Shown: positions 44,011 to 54,154, counted from the stretch's first letter. The stretch is 64,000 bases of DNA from Rikenellaceae bacterium (GCA_047178865.1 JBCQSY010000006.1:6065-70064); one strand, 5' to 3'. Notes: generated by a model from the sequence alone, not told the origin. A program made the numbers and translations.

Positions 44011-44703
44011 ATGAGTTTCAAAAGATTAATTCTAACAGCTGCATTACTTATAAGCAGCATTGCAGCAGCCTTTGCCGATGGGACAAAGGATGATGTCGAG
44101 GTGCTCTATAAGTATCAATTCTCAGCCGAGGTTGAGTATAAGATAATCAAGGGGTTGAGTGTCAATTTCAGCCCAGAGTTGCGATTTTGTGAGGGGTATG
44201 ACAAGCTACTTCTCAACGCAGGTGTAGAGTATAAGATGTTTGGATGTATCCACCTAGGGGCTACATATCGCCTAGATGTCGATAGAGTCGAAGGCTCTGG
44301 CAGCTCATACTCGATGTCGGGATTTGGTAATAACTACGATTCGGAGGTGTCGCATCGCTACGCTTTTGATGTGACATATAAGGAGAAATTCGGGCGTTTC
44401 ACTCCATCATTTAGGGTGAGGTACAACAACTTCACCGACGAGGATATCGACGATAAGGAGTTTCTGCGCTATCGTGCAAAGGTCGATTACAACATCCGCA
44501 AGTGTAAAATCACACCATACCTATCAGTTGAGGCGTACCAAGATTTAACAGAGAATCTGCTCTACAAAATGCGCTACGCCACAGGATTTGATTTCGATAT
44601 GAACAAAAAATCAGCCATCTCGCTAGATTACAAATTTGACTTCTACTGCTTGGAGTATAAGAATGCAAATATCTTTAGCGTTGGTTATAAATATAAATTC
44701 TAG
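44011..44703 (+). CDS. Small outer-membrane beta-barrel (DUF2490-like)
   Basis: Signal peptide, alternating beta strands, LRYRAKVDY, PYLSVE, C-terminal GYKYKF. Confidence 0.78.
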   Translation: MSFKRLILTAALLISSIAAAFADGTKDDVEVLYKYQFSAEVEYKIIKGLSVNFSPELRFCEGYDKLLLNAGVEYKMFGCIHLGATYRLDVDRVEGSGSSYSMSGFGNNYDSEVSHRYAFDVTYKEKFGRFTPSFRVRYNNFTDEDIDDKEFLRYRAKVDYNIRKCKITPYLSVEAYQDLTENLLYKMRYATGFDFDMNKKSAISLDYKFDFYCLEYKNANIFSVGYKYKF

Positions 44704-44705
44704 TT

Positions 44706-46133
44706 ATGAACTCAAAAATTATCACTTTCGCAGCACTATTAATAGCCATTACGGTGGTTAGCTCATGTCGTAATGATGAGTATATATATTGGGATATCTA
44801 CTGGGACAACGACGATGAAGAGTACGACCCTTCGCTGGTAGACACGGAGACATTCCCCGACTGGACGGAGCTAACACATAGCAATGCAGCAGCTCCAGAT
44901 TACAACACTGTTTTCGAGCAGAATAAAGTGCTACGACTCGACCTTACAATCAGCTCGTCGAACTGGAGTTCAATGCTCTCGGATTTGAGTAGCAACATCT
45001 CGTCGGGCAACAATATGATGGGCGGAAATAATATGGATAGCGACCTAGGATTTACTCCCGTGTGGAAATCATGTACTGTCACCTTCAACGACACCGATTG
45101 GTATAAGGTGGGTGTGAGATTCAAGGGTAATTCGAGCCTGAGCACAACATACTCTTCGGGAAATCGAAAACTCTCTCTGAAGTTGAGTTTCGATAAGTAT
45201 GAGGATGACTACCCAGCCCTAACCAACCAACGTTTCTATGGATTCAAGCAGCTCAACCTCAACAACAACTACAACGACGAGTCGTTGATGAGAGAGAAGA
45301 TTGGTACAGAGCTATTCCGCAGCTTTGGCATTGCAGCGCCTCAGACCTCTTTCTGTGAGGTATATATCGACAAGGGTTCGGGAGCGGAGTACTTCGGACT
45401 ATACACGATAGTCGAGGAGGTGGACGACACGCTTATCGACGACACGGAGTGGTTCAGCGATGGAGGAGGTAACCTCTACAAACCCGAAGATGATGCCGCT
45501 TCGTTCAAATCAGGAACATACGACACCAGCGAATTTAACCTCAAAACCAACCTCACCTCACCCGACTATAGCGACGTAAAAGCTCTCTACGATGCTCTAC
45601 ACAGCTCTAATCGAACCTCAAATCAGAGTGATTGGTGTGAAGGAGTAGAGAGTGCGTTCGATGTCGAGACCTTCCTTAAGTGGTTGGCTGCAAATACTAC
45701 TATTCAGAATTGGGACACCTACGGCAATATGACACACAACTACTTCCTCTACAACTATAACGGGCTGTTGACGTGGATTCCGTGGGATAATAACGAGGCA
45801 TTTCAGAGTGGCAATGATGCCATCGAGGTTGATGAAATGAGTATCGTAGGCTACTCGTGGCCACTGATAAAGTACCTCTTCGATGTCGAGGAGTATGAGC
45901 AGATGTATAAAGATTACCTGCGCGAATTTATCAACGAGGTATTCATCACAGCTGATATGCAGAGCCTCTACACAAGCTACTACAACCTGCTCCTCGACTC
46001 GGCAAGTCGCGAGGAGAGTGGCAAAACATTCTTCGATTCGTCAAGCCCAAGTACGGAATTTAGCAGCGCAGTGTCGACCCTTAAGAGTCATGTGGTGAGC
46101 AGAACAACGGTTGTAAACAACTATTTAGATTAA
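44706..46133 (+). CDS. CotH-family protein kinase, lipoprotein
   Basis: Lipobox VVSSC; VRFKGNSS, LSLKLSFD, LNLNN, MREK, GLYTIVEEVD, NWDTY, HNYFLY, IPWDNNEAF. Confidence 0.88.
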   Translation: MNSKIITFAALLIAITVVSSCRNDEYIYWDIYWDNDDEEYDPSLVDTETFPDWTELTHSNAAAPDYNTVFEQNKVLRLDLTISSSNWSSMLSDLSSNISSGNNMMGGNNMDSDLGFTPVWKSCTVTFNDTDWYKVGVRFKGNSSLSTTYSSGNRKLSLKLSFDKYEDDYPALTNQRFYGFKQLNLNNNYNDESLMREKIGTELFRSFGIAAPQTSFCEVYIDKGSGAEYFGLYTIVEEVDDTLIDDTEWFSDGGGNLYKPEDDAASFKSGTYDTSEFNLKTNLTSPDYSDVKALYDALHSSNRTSNQSDWCEGVESAFDVETFLKWLAANTTIQNWDTYGNMTHNYFLYNYNGLLTWIPWDNNEAFQSGNDAIEVDEMSIVGYSWPLIKYLFDVEEYEQMYKDYLREFINEVFITADMQSLYTSYYNLLLDSASREESGKTFFDSSSPSTEFSSAVSTLKSHVVSRTTVVNNYLD

Positions 46134-46311
46134 GAATCCTATTTTACTAATAGAACCACTATTAGCTGCGATACCAAAATTAAAAAGCAAAATAGGACAT
46201 AGCATATTTAAGCAGAAAAACTTAAACAGATTCTAAAAGGTCTCTTTAACAACATTGAATTTTTGTGTGTTTAGTGAGAAAAATATAAATAAAAAAGGTA
46301 TCTTTGCAGTG

Positions 46312-47517
46312 ATGATACATGAAAGAAAAATATTAGCCATTGAGTTTATAGTAGTAATCCTGCTATGGATATTCGTGATTATCACTCCGCTGCTATTGGT
46401 TGATGACTTCGACCAGGATTGGATAACTGTTCATATTATGTGGGCGGAGTATGCTGTTGTGGGTTTTGCATTCCTGCTCAATAGGCTTGTCTTGATGCCA
46501 CGCCTTTTTTTCGCTAAAAAGTATATTAAATATGCCCTATCACTAGCGACATTATTTCTACTTCTAGGGCTATTTGTTATACGCTTTGATGGAATTAACA
46601 AGACCCTCTCACTCTTTGGCATAGAGGCGGTTGATCCTCAATCACCTCGCGCAATGGATGGAAATACCCCCAGGCCACTATCATATAGAGATGAAATTGC
46701 TCGCAGAGATGAATATCCTCGATACGAGGATGACTCTCTTCGAGATGGAGAGTATTCACGACCACCTCGCCGAAGAGGAGTTATGCGTCCAACTTCATCT
46801 CCTCACTCACTCTCAATCTTTCCACCATCATTCTCGTTACTATTCCTTGCGATGATTGTTATCGCTCTGGATATGGGTCTGAGTATCGCCGTGAAGTGGT
46901 TGATATCGGAGCAGAAACAGGCTCACAGTGAGAAAGAGAGGGTCTCAGCACAGCTCTCGAACCTTCAGAGTCAGGTGAGTCCCCACTTCTTTATGAACAC
47001 GCTGAACAATATCCACGCGCTGGTCGATTTGGACTCTAAGCGTGCCAAGCAGACCATTATCGAGCTATCAAGTTTGATGGATTATCTGCTCTACGACAGC
47101 TCGACACAAGAGAGCGTATCGCTACAGAAAGAGTTGGATTTTATCTGTAGCTACGTCAACTTGATGCGTCTGAGATACTCCAACACGGTGAATATAGAGC
47201 TTATATATGGCAATAATGTACCAGTGGTTCAAGTGCCACCGCTACTATTTTTGAACTTTATCGAGAACTCGTTTAAGTATGGAATAGATTATGAACACGA
47301 CTCATTCATCAAGATTGAGTTCGACTTCAACGAGAAATTTATCGAGATGAGAGCTAAAAACAGCAACCATTCGAAACTAGTTAATAGCCAACGACATGGA
47401 TTGGGCATAAGCAATGCTTGCAAACGACTAGAGCTACTATATGGGGATAACTACACCCTCGATATAGATGAAAAAGAGAGTACATTTAATGTAAACCTAA
47501 AAATACCAACACTATGA
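46312..47517 (+). CDS. LytS/YehU-type sensor histidine kinase
   Basis: N-terminal TM helices; LQSQVSPHFFMNTLNNI, PPLLFLNFIENSFKYG, GLGISN. TATCTTTG at 46299-46306 argues for a start at ATG 46312. Confidence 0.92.
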   Translation: MIHERKILAIEFIVVILLWIFVIITPLLLVDDFDQDWITVHIMWAEYAVVGFAFLLNRLVLMPRLFFAKKYIKYALSLATLFLLLGLFVIRFDGINKTLSLFGIEAVDPQSPRAMDGNTPRPLSYRDEIARRDEYPRYEDDSLRDGEYSRPPRRRGVMRPTSSPHSLSIFPPSFSLLFLAMIVIALDMGLSIAVKWLISEQKQAHSEKERVSAQLSNLQSQVSPHFFMNTLNNIHALVDLDSKRAKQTIIELSSLMDYLLYDSSTQESVSLQKELDFICSYVNLMRLRYSNTVNIELIYGNNVPVVQVPPLLFLNFIENSFKYGIDYEHDSFIKIEFDFNEKFIEMRAKNSNHSKLVNSQRHGLGISNACKRLELLYGDNYTLDIDEKESTFNVNLKIPTL

Positions 47518-48221
47518 TAAGCTGTATAGTTATTGACGATGAGCCACTAGCGCTACAACAGATTGAGCAATATGTCACAGATACGCCCCTGCTAGAGCTA
47601 CGCGGGAGCTTTAATTCAACCACCAAAGCATTGGAATATCTACGTGAGAATAGCGTGGATTTACTCTTTGTTGATATCAATATGCCACGTATTTCGGGAT
47701 TGGAGTTTGTCGATGCTCTACCCTTTGATGTTAAGGTTATATTCGTCACTGCCTACCGTGAGTACGCCCTCGAAGGGTTCTCGTTAGATGCTGCGGACTA
47801 TCTGCTAAAACCGCTCTCGTATGCCGCTTTTCTAAAGTCGGTTGAGAAGGTCAACAGCCGCTACTTTAATAGAGCACCTGACGATAAGAGTGATAGAGAG
47901 TACACATTCCTCCGCTCGGCTAATCGCACCGTGAGGGTCAACTTCTACGAAATACTCTATATCGAGTCGAAGCGTGAATATCTCGATATAGTACTCTCTA
48001 CAGGGGATATTGTTACGGTACATGGCTCACTAAATAGCATCCTCGAAAAGCTACCGCAGGATAGATTCCTCAAGGTTCACCGCTCGTTTATTGTCAACTT
48101 AGACAAAGTGAAGATATTGGAGCGTAACTCTATAGTATTCGAAAAGTTATATATCCCGATAAACGAGCAAGCCAAAGAGCATCTAATGAACTTTATCAAC
48201 AACGCAACTAAAATAGGCTAG
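47514..48221 (+). CDS. LytTR-family response regulator
   Basis: VIDDEP, LFVDINMP, FVTAY, YLLKP, FLKVHRSFIVN; ATGA overlap with the kinase. Confidence 0.94.
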   Translation: MISCIVIDDEPLALQQIEQYVTDTPLLELRGSFNSTTKALEYLRENSVDLLFVDINMPRISGLEFVDALPFDVKVIFVTAYREYALEGFSLDAADYLLKPLSYAAFLKSVEKVNSRYFNRAPDDKSDREYTFLRSANRTVRVNFYEILYIESKREYLDIVLSTGDIVTVHGSLNSILEKLPQDRFLKVHRSFIVNLDKVKILERNSIVFEKLYIPINEQAKEHLMNFINNATKIG

Positions 48222-48305
48222 GAGAGAGGGTTTAAAAGATATATTGGGTAACAGTTGTTTTTGTTAGAAATTATCCCTAACATTGTACTTCTAAAACCTA
48301 AACTT

Positions 48306-50240
48306 ATGAAATTAAACCTTTGCAAATCTATTTTGCTACTATTGTCACTCGCTATCTCTAGCTGTAGCTCAACAAAAGATAGCGGGTTAGATATTGCTCA
48401 ATATCTCTCTTTAGCAACCTCGGAGGATAGTATCTATCCCTCTGCGGAGCAGATTGCCCTGCTCGAAGAGTTTATCCCAGAGAGCACCTACACCCCAGCC
48501 CCAGCTATCTCGAACAGAGAGTATTGGGAGAAAATTGCTGCATCTCAGGCGGGTAAGGACGAAGTGGCAAATGCACTAGCTGTGCTCGACGAGAAACCGA
48601 CAATTCCTATCTCTGACGAGATTTATCGCCAAGCAAATGCAGAGGGTAATCGTGGACTCTATAAGACACGTTACTACACCTCGATGGCTCGATTAGAGAG
48701 CTATCTTCTAGCGGAGTGTATCCAGAATCAAGGGGTTTTTATCCCACAAATTGAGACCTACACCAGAGCTATCCTCGATATGAAGTCTTGGTTGCACCCC
48801 AATCATGACGATGATGATAATGGAGTGTTAGAGGGTCGTCGTGTATCTATCGACCTGGGAGCTAGGAAGTTTGGTTCGGTGTTGACGCTAGTAAATCTAC
48901 TTTTAGAGGATAAAATCTCGACAGAACTACGTGATGAGATTTCGACTCAGGTGCGTTGGCGTATTATCGAGTCATATCTTAATAGCTGTTCCGGAGAGGA
49001 TAAGAGTGTTAGCAACGACTGGCTAAGAAAGGTAAACAACTGGAACTCAGTCTGTACGAGTGGTGCAATCTTCACAACTATCGCAAATAGCGAGGATAGA
49101 GACGAGCGCATCGCAGCTATCGGTTGCGCACTAAATGGTATGAGATACTACCTCACAGGATTTGGTGAGGATGGCTACTGCTCCGAAGGTTTTGGATATT
49201 GGAATTATGGATTTGGACACTACCTATACCTTGCACATATCCTCTCGGAGTACACCAATGGAGCTATCGACCTATTCACCTTCGACAACCCTGAGAAGTT
49301 GGTTAAAGTGGCTCACTTCCCACAAAAATATGAGATACAGAATAGCTTATGCTCTGCCTTCTCGGATGGTTCATTTAGGATGCCTAAGGAGGATGGCGAC
49401 AACTTCGCCTCGGTGATGTGTGCCAAATATTATGGCACTCCAAAGCCCAAAAAGTTCAACCCCGACCAGGCGGTGCTAACCATTATCGGATGGGATATAG
49501 CTCCTAAATACACCGACCCTAACGCAGTCGAGGCTGAGCTACCTGAATATAGCTACTTCGACAAGTATGGAATTGTGATATCTCGTGGCAAACAAGATGT
49601 TCCATTCTCGGTTGCTATCAAGTCGGGACACAACGCTGAGAACCATAACCACTGCGATGTTGGTAGCTACTACATCCTGCTAGGTAGTGATAGGGTCGCA
49701 GGAGATATTGGCTCACCTGTCTATATCGGTCACACCCCATCTATTATCCACCCTGCACGTAACTCATGGGGACACCCAGTGCCACGTATCAACGATACGC
49801 TCCAATCAATCGGTCGTGAGTTTAAGGGTACGATAACTAAAACGGAGTTTATCGATGGTCGTGATTTTGTTGAGATGGAGCTAAAGGAGGCGTACGAGAT
49901 TCCTTCGATTCAGAGCCTAACACGCACACTCACCAACGACAAATCGGGCAGTGGCAAGATTACCGTTGTCGACAAATTTGTCGCTGATGAGGCTCTGATT
50001 TTTGGCACTGCGGTGATGGTTAACACCAAGTACGAAATTAAGGGTGAGACAATTTATATCTACACCGACAACCATAAAATCAGAGTCGATATCACCGCAA
50101 ATGGAGCGCCTATCAAAATCAAAGATGAGGAGGTCTTGGCTCGCATGAGTAGTGGCAAGGTGTCGTATAGAATAGGTATCGACTTCACTCAACCTCTCAA
50201 AGAGGGCTCTATCGAGGTGACATACACCCCTGAATTATAG
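48306..50240 (+). CDS. Heparinase II/III-like (polysaccharide lyase-related) lipoprotein
   Basis: Lipobox ISSC; IDLG, NNWNSVC, DGYCSEGFGYWNYG, GHNAENHNHCDVGSY, WGHPVP. Start moved to ATG 48306. Confidence 0.78.
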   Translation: MKLNLCKSILLLLSLAISSCSSTKDSGLDIAQYLSLATSEDSIYPSAEQIALLEEFIPESTYTPAPAISNREYWEKIAASQAGKDEVANALAVLDEKPTIPISDEIYRQANAEGNRGLYKTRYYTSMARLESYLLAECIQNQGVFIPQIETYTRAILDMKSWLHPNHDDDDNGVLEGRRVSIDLGARKFGSVLTLVNLLLEDKISTELRDEISTQVRWRIIESYLNSCSGEDKSVSNDWLRKVNNWNSVCTSGAIFTTIANSEDRDERIAAIGCALNGMRYYLTGFGEDGYCSEGFGYWNYGFGHYLYLAHILSEYTNGAIDLFTFDNPEKLVKVAHFPQKYEIQNSLCSAFSDGSFRMPKEDGDNFASVMCAKYYGTPKPKKFNPDQAVLTIIGWDIAPKYTDPNAVEAELPEYSYFDKYGIVISRGKQDVPFSVAIKSGHNAENHNHCDVGSYYILLGSDRVAGDIGSPVYIGHTPSIIHPARNSWGHPVPRINDTLQSIGREFKGTITKTEFIDGRDFVEMELKEAYEIPSIQSLTRTLTNDKSGSGKITVVDKFVADEALIFGTAVMVNTKYEIKGETIYIYTDNHKIRVDITANGAPIKIKDEEVLARMSSGKVSYRIGIDFTQPLKEGSIEVTYTPEL

Positions 50241-50250
50241 GTAAATAGGC

Positions 50251-50275
50251 GGAGAGTTAATCGAATTAACTCTCC
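50251..50275. terminator. Hairpin between the convergent lyase-like gene and adenine deaminase
   Basis: GGAGAGTTAAT-CGA-ATTAACTCTCC. Confidence 0.6.
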
Positions 50276-51900
50276 AACCAATCAAAGCGAGAGAGGGCAA
50301 AGAGTCCTCTCTCTCCTATTTTAACGTGTGGGATAACAAGCAGTGACAAAAACGCCAAAGTCATAAATGGAGCATTCAGCGTACAGCCAAGCGACTTTAC
50401 CCTGCTATCCAACTCCTTATAGAGCTGAGCAACCTCACGACCAGCAAGCGGCGAGATAATACCACCTATTGGCAGAGGGAGTGTTGCGCACTCTCCATTA
50501 TGAGCCACAGAGAGAGCTCCACGATGCTCAATTACGGCATTGATAGCCATTTGCAACTCCTCGTCACTACAACCCACCGCAACTATATTGTGGGAATCGT
50601 GCCCCACAGAGCTAGCAAAAGCTCCCTGAGTAATGCCACAACCCTGTAGATAGGATATTTGAGGTGTTCCATTCTGGTAACGATTAACGTAGACCACCTT
50701 GGCGATATCGGCTGAGGGTATCGACTCTAAATTATCCACTGACTCATCGACTCGATGATATAACAGATTAGTCACCAACTCATTAGGGATAATTCCAATC
50801 ATAGCAAACTCACCAGACACCGCCTTCGAAAGCTCCTCGACGAGGATAGGTTCATGGTTGAAATTATTGGGGCAACTCTGCAAAGACTCCTCTTCGCATA
50901 GAACCCCATCCGCTGAGTCGAAACGCTTCTCACCCGCTACGTATAGCTGTTTCACATTGAAATCGATCAAGTTATCAACCACCATAAAGTCGGCGCTATC
51001 ACCCTCTCGCAACACTCCCAAAGGGAGGTTATAGTGCTCGATAGGGTTAATCGAGGCGATACGTAGCAGCTCGAATAGGTCGAATCCATCGGCTACGCCC
51101 TGGCGCAAAAAGCGGTCGATATCTCCACTCTCCAACAAATCATCGGGGTGGAGGTCATCGGTGCAGAACATCACATCACGAGGATTTGAAGCGATAAGAG
51201 GTTTTAACGCCTGATAGTTATAAGCAGCACTACCCCATCGAATTAGAATCTTCATTCCAGAGGCTATCTTCATCTGAGCCTCATCCAAACTCACACACTC
51301 ATGGTCGGTGGTGATACCCTGCGAACTATACACCTCAAGCTCCGAAGCTAAGATAAGCGGAGCGTGTCCATCTATTGGTAGCCCAAATTCACGAGCCACC
51401 TCTAGCTTTGAAATCACCTCCTTATCGCCAGACAACACACCTGGCACATTCATCACCTCGGAGAGAGCTACGAACTGCCCCGAAGCTGCCATGCGCCTAA
51501 CATCCAACGAGTTAATCTCACCACCTGCAACATCAAAAGGGGTTGCAGGGACAGATGAAGGGATAGAGAAGAAGGTTCTGATTGGCGAAGATTTGCTACT
51601 CTCCACCATAAAATCGACACCCTCAACACCCATCACATTGGCTATCTCGTGGGGGTCTGTCACCACACCTATCGTACCATGCTCCACCACCAACCGACCA
51701 AACTCAGCTGGGGTAAGCATCGAGCTTTCGATATGGACATGAGCATCCACCAGCCCCACAGTGATGTAGTGAGTCTGAGTGGTTGGATGTCTCTTGATAG
51801 CTACAATACGCCCATCTTGAATATGAAGAGAACCCTCAAAAATTGAGCAACTATCTATATCGACAATACGCCCCTCTACGCTTTTAATCCCAGTTTCCAT
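50266..51900 (-). CDS. ade: Adenine deaminase (AdeC type)
   Basis: DAHVHIESSM, DPHEIANV, DGHAP, TDHEC, FCTDD, GHDSHN. Confidence 0.93.
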   Translation of the reverse strand: METGIKSVEGRIVDIDSCSIFEGSLHIQDGRIVAIKRHPTTQTHYITVGLVDAHVHIESSMLTPAEFGRLVVEHGTIGVVTDPHEIANVMGVEGVDFMVESSKSSPIRTFFSIPSSVPATPFDVAGGEINSLDVRRMAASGQFVALSEVMNVPGVLSGDKEVISKLEVAREFGLPIDGHAPLILASELEVYSSQGITTDHECVSLDEAQMKIASGMKILIRWGSAAYNYQALKPLIASNPRDVMFCTDDLHPDDLLESGDIDRFLRQGVADGFDLFELLRIASINPIEHYNLPLGVLREGDSADFMVVDNLIDFNVKQLYVAGEKRFDSADGVLCEEESLQSCPNNFNHEPILVEELSKAVSGEFAMIGIIPNELVTNLLYHRVDESVDNLESIPSADIAKVVYVNRYQNGTPQISYLQGCGITQGAFASSVGHDSHNIVAVGCSDEELQMAINAVIEHRGALSVAHNGECATLPLPIGGIISPLAGREVAQLYKELDSRVKSLGCTLNAPFMTLAFLSLLVIPHVKIGERGLFALSRFDWLES

Positions 51901-51912
51901 CGTTAACCTATT

Positions 51913-51950
51913 AAAAAAAAAGAGACCTCCCTATCAAAAAGGAGGTCTCT
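51913..51950 (-). terminator. Terminator after pfk
   Basis: AGAGACCTCC/GGAGGTCTCT 10-bp stem with T-run on the minus strand. Confidence 0.75.
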
Positions 51951-51969
51951 ACACTATTCTACATAAAGA

Positions 51970-53202
51970 CTACCAGTTCAAAATCTTATTGAAGTCGTAA
52001 TCCTCTGGCGTTGCAACATACTCTTTAGCTGCTGCGTAATCCTCCTCGGTGATGTAGCTAAGGATATTATCCACAACCGAGCTAACCTTATCAGAGTTGA
52101 TATCAACCAGACGTGGTGGAATTTTACCAGTTACTGCATCCTGCAAATCTTTAAGATATAAAGGTGATACATTACCCTCGCCATCAACAAAGACCATACA
52201 TCCGCTCTTGCCCTCAGCGAAGAGTTTATATACACCCATACCCAACTCCGAGCAGTATGTCAAGTCGAAAGCTACTGGAGTAGTACAGCGAACCTCATAT
52301 CCAATCTCAACTGGGCGGCTCTTAACCTTAAGACCCAACGCCTTAACTTTATTCTCCAACATCTCATTGAAGATGTGTGCTTTAGATACCTTACCAAGCT
52401 CTGGATGACCATGGTCGTCATACGAGAAGTTTACACCGCTCTTCTTAATCTCCTGGTCAGATAGTTCGTGGAACACACCCTCAGAGATGATTGCAGCACC
52501 ATAATCCATACCCATAATCTTACGCTTGATAATCGACGAAACTACCAAGTTAACAATCTTATCCACAGTGATTTCAGTCTTGTTGAACATCTCAGGGATA
52601 ACAATCATTGGATAGTGACAAGCCTCACCAATACCAAAAGCAAGGTGACCTGCCGAGCGACCCATCGCAGCTAGTACGAACCAGTTTCCGCTAGTACGTG
52701 CATCGATATAGACAGTACGTGCGATAACTGCACCCTTATCCTTAGCTGACTCATAACCAAAAGTTGGAGTTCCAGCAGGAAGTGGAAGGTCGTTATCAAT
52801 AGTCTTAGGAACGTGGATATTTGAGATAGGATACTGCTTCTCCTCCAAGAATTTAGCGATGCGATTCGCAGTCGATGCGGTATCATCACCACCAACTGTA
52901 ACCAATAATTTGATATTGTTCTTGATAAAGAAATCGAGGTTGAAGTTGTTCTCAAAATCTGCATCAGTTGGTTTAAAACGGCTCATCTGAAGGAACGAAC
53001 CACCACGATTAAAGATATCGTCTGCCATTGGGAATGATATCTCAACAGTATTTGGAGTAGGATTGAAAAGTCCTGAATATCCGCCATTTAGACCGATTAC
53101 TGTATATCCTTTTTGTAGAAAAGTCTTGGCAACACTACCAACGACTGTATTCATACCAGGTGCTGGTCCACCACCTGTAAGAATTGCTATTGCTTCTTTC
53201 AT
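51970..53202 (-). CDS. pfp: 6-phosphofructokinase, probably pyrophosphate-dependent
   Basis: GGGPAPGMN, GGDDT (Asp variant associated with PPi use), PKTIDND, MGRSAGH, IGYEVR. Confidence 0.85.
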   Translation of the reverse strand: MKEAIAILTGGGPAPGMNTVVGSVAKTFLQKGYTVIGLNGGYSGLFNPTPNTVEISFPMADDIFNRGGSFLQMSRFKPTDADFENNFNLDFFIKNNIKLLVTVGGDDTASTANRIAKFLEEKQYPISNIHVPKTIDNDLPLPAGTPTFGYESAKDKGAVIARTVYIDARTSGNWFVLAAMGRSAGHLAFGIGEACHYPMIVIPEMFNKTEITVDKIVNLVVSSIIKRKIMGMDYGAAIISEGVFHELSDQEIKKSGVNFSYDDHGHPELGKVSKAHIFNEMLENKVKALGLKVKSRPVEIGYEVRCTTPVAFDLTYCSELGMGVYKLFAEGKSGCMVFVDGEGNVSPLYLKDLQDAVTGKIPPRLVDINSDKVSSVVDNILSYITEEDYAAAKEYVATPEDYDFNKILNW

Positions 53203-53231
53203 GTTTTTTTAGGTTTTATTTTGAAAAGTCT

Positions 53232-53453
53232 CTAATACTCCTCTTCATTAAAGAAAAAGTCATCTTTCGATGGGTAATCAGGCCAAATCTCCTCTATCGA
53301 GTCATAAGATTCTCCCTCATCCTCAATCTCCTGCAAGTTCTCAAGAACTTCAAGAGGAAGCCCCGAACGTATCGCATAGTCGATTAATTCATCCTTTGTT
53401 GCTGGCCATGGTGCATCTTCTAATTTAGAAGCAAGTTCAAGTGTCCAATACAT
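53232..53453 (-). CDS. DUF2795 family small protein
   Basis: MYWTLELASKLEDAPWPATKDELIDYAIRSG, the conserved Bacteroidota sequence. Confidence 0.85.
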   Translation of the reverse strand: MYWTLELASKLEDAPWPATKDELIDYAIRSGLPLEVLENLQEIEDEGESYDSIEEIWPDYPSKDDFFFNEEEY

Positions 53454-53578
53454 AGTCTCTAATATTTTATTTTGTTTTTATTTTTGCACGATTCGCAAAG
53501 ATATAAATAAAAATCAAAAAATCAAATTTAGAACACTATTTTTCACCCTTATTTCAATATAAATTAACTACTTTTTAA

Positions 53579-54154
53579 TCATGGATGCCACTCTCGCTCC
53601 TCGACATTGGAGTGGAAGGTTATCGAACGACCCAGAACATAGAGGTAATCCGAGAGACGATTCATATAGCTAAGTATCACATTATCAAAGTCGTAATGCT
53701 CCGATGCGGTGATAATACGTCTCTCGCAACGTCGAGCAACTGTTCGACAAACATGACACAGTGAAACCCTAGTATCACCACCTGGGATGGTGAATTTAGT
53801 GATTTTAGGAAGTGGCTCTTGCAAGGTATCAATCCTCGATTCGAGCCAATCAATCCACTCCGCCTGAAGTTCTGGGAGCTTAAAGCTAACCTGCTCACCA
53901 CTAGCCAAATGAGCCTCGATACTCATAAGCATCGAGTTAATCCTCTCTAAATCGCTACAATATTCACGATATAGAGTGATGTTACTCTGCTCACAGCCAA
54001 TCTCTTGCATTATCTTATCGGTCAACAACCCGATAAAGGCTGTCAACTCATCCAGCGACCCATAAGCCTCAACTCTTAAGTCGTCTTTTCTGGCGCGCTC
54101 ACCACCAACAAGTGATGTTGAGCCACTATCGCCTCCTTTAGTGTAGAGTTTCAT
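53579..54154 (-). CDS. ATP:cob(I)alamin adenosyltransferase (PduO type)
   Basis: KLYTKGGDSG, EAYGSLDEL, RTVARRCER, NRLSDYLY. Confidence 0.93.
   Translation of the reverse strand: MKLYTKGGDSGSTSLVGGERARKDDLRVEAYGSLDELTAFIGLLTDKIMQEIGCEQSNITLYREYCSDLERINSMLMSIEAHLASGEQVSFKLPELQAEWIDWLESRIDTLQEPLPKITKFTIPGGDTRVSLCHVCRTVARRCERRIITASEHYDFDNVILSYMNRLSDYLYVLGRSITFHSNVEEREWHP

Noticed and set aside
37232-50240. Accessory block beside a tRNA cluster as a possible integrated genomic island
   Set aside because: It lies 5' of the tRNAs rather than 3'; there is no integrase, no duplicated tRNA 3' end, and the GATC avoidance matches the rest of the window.
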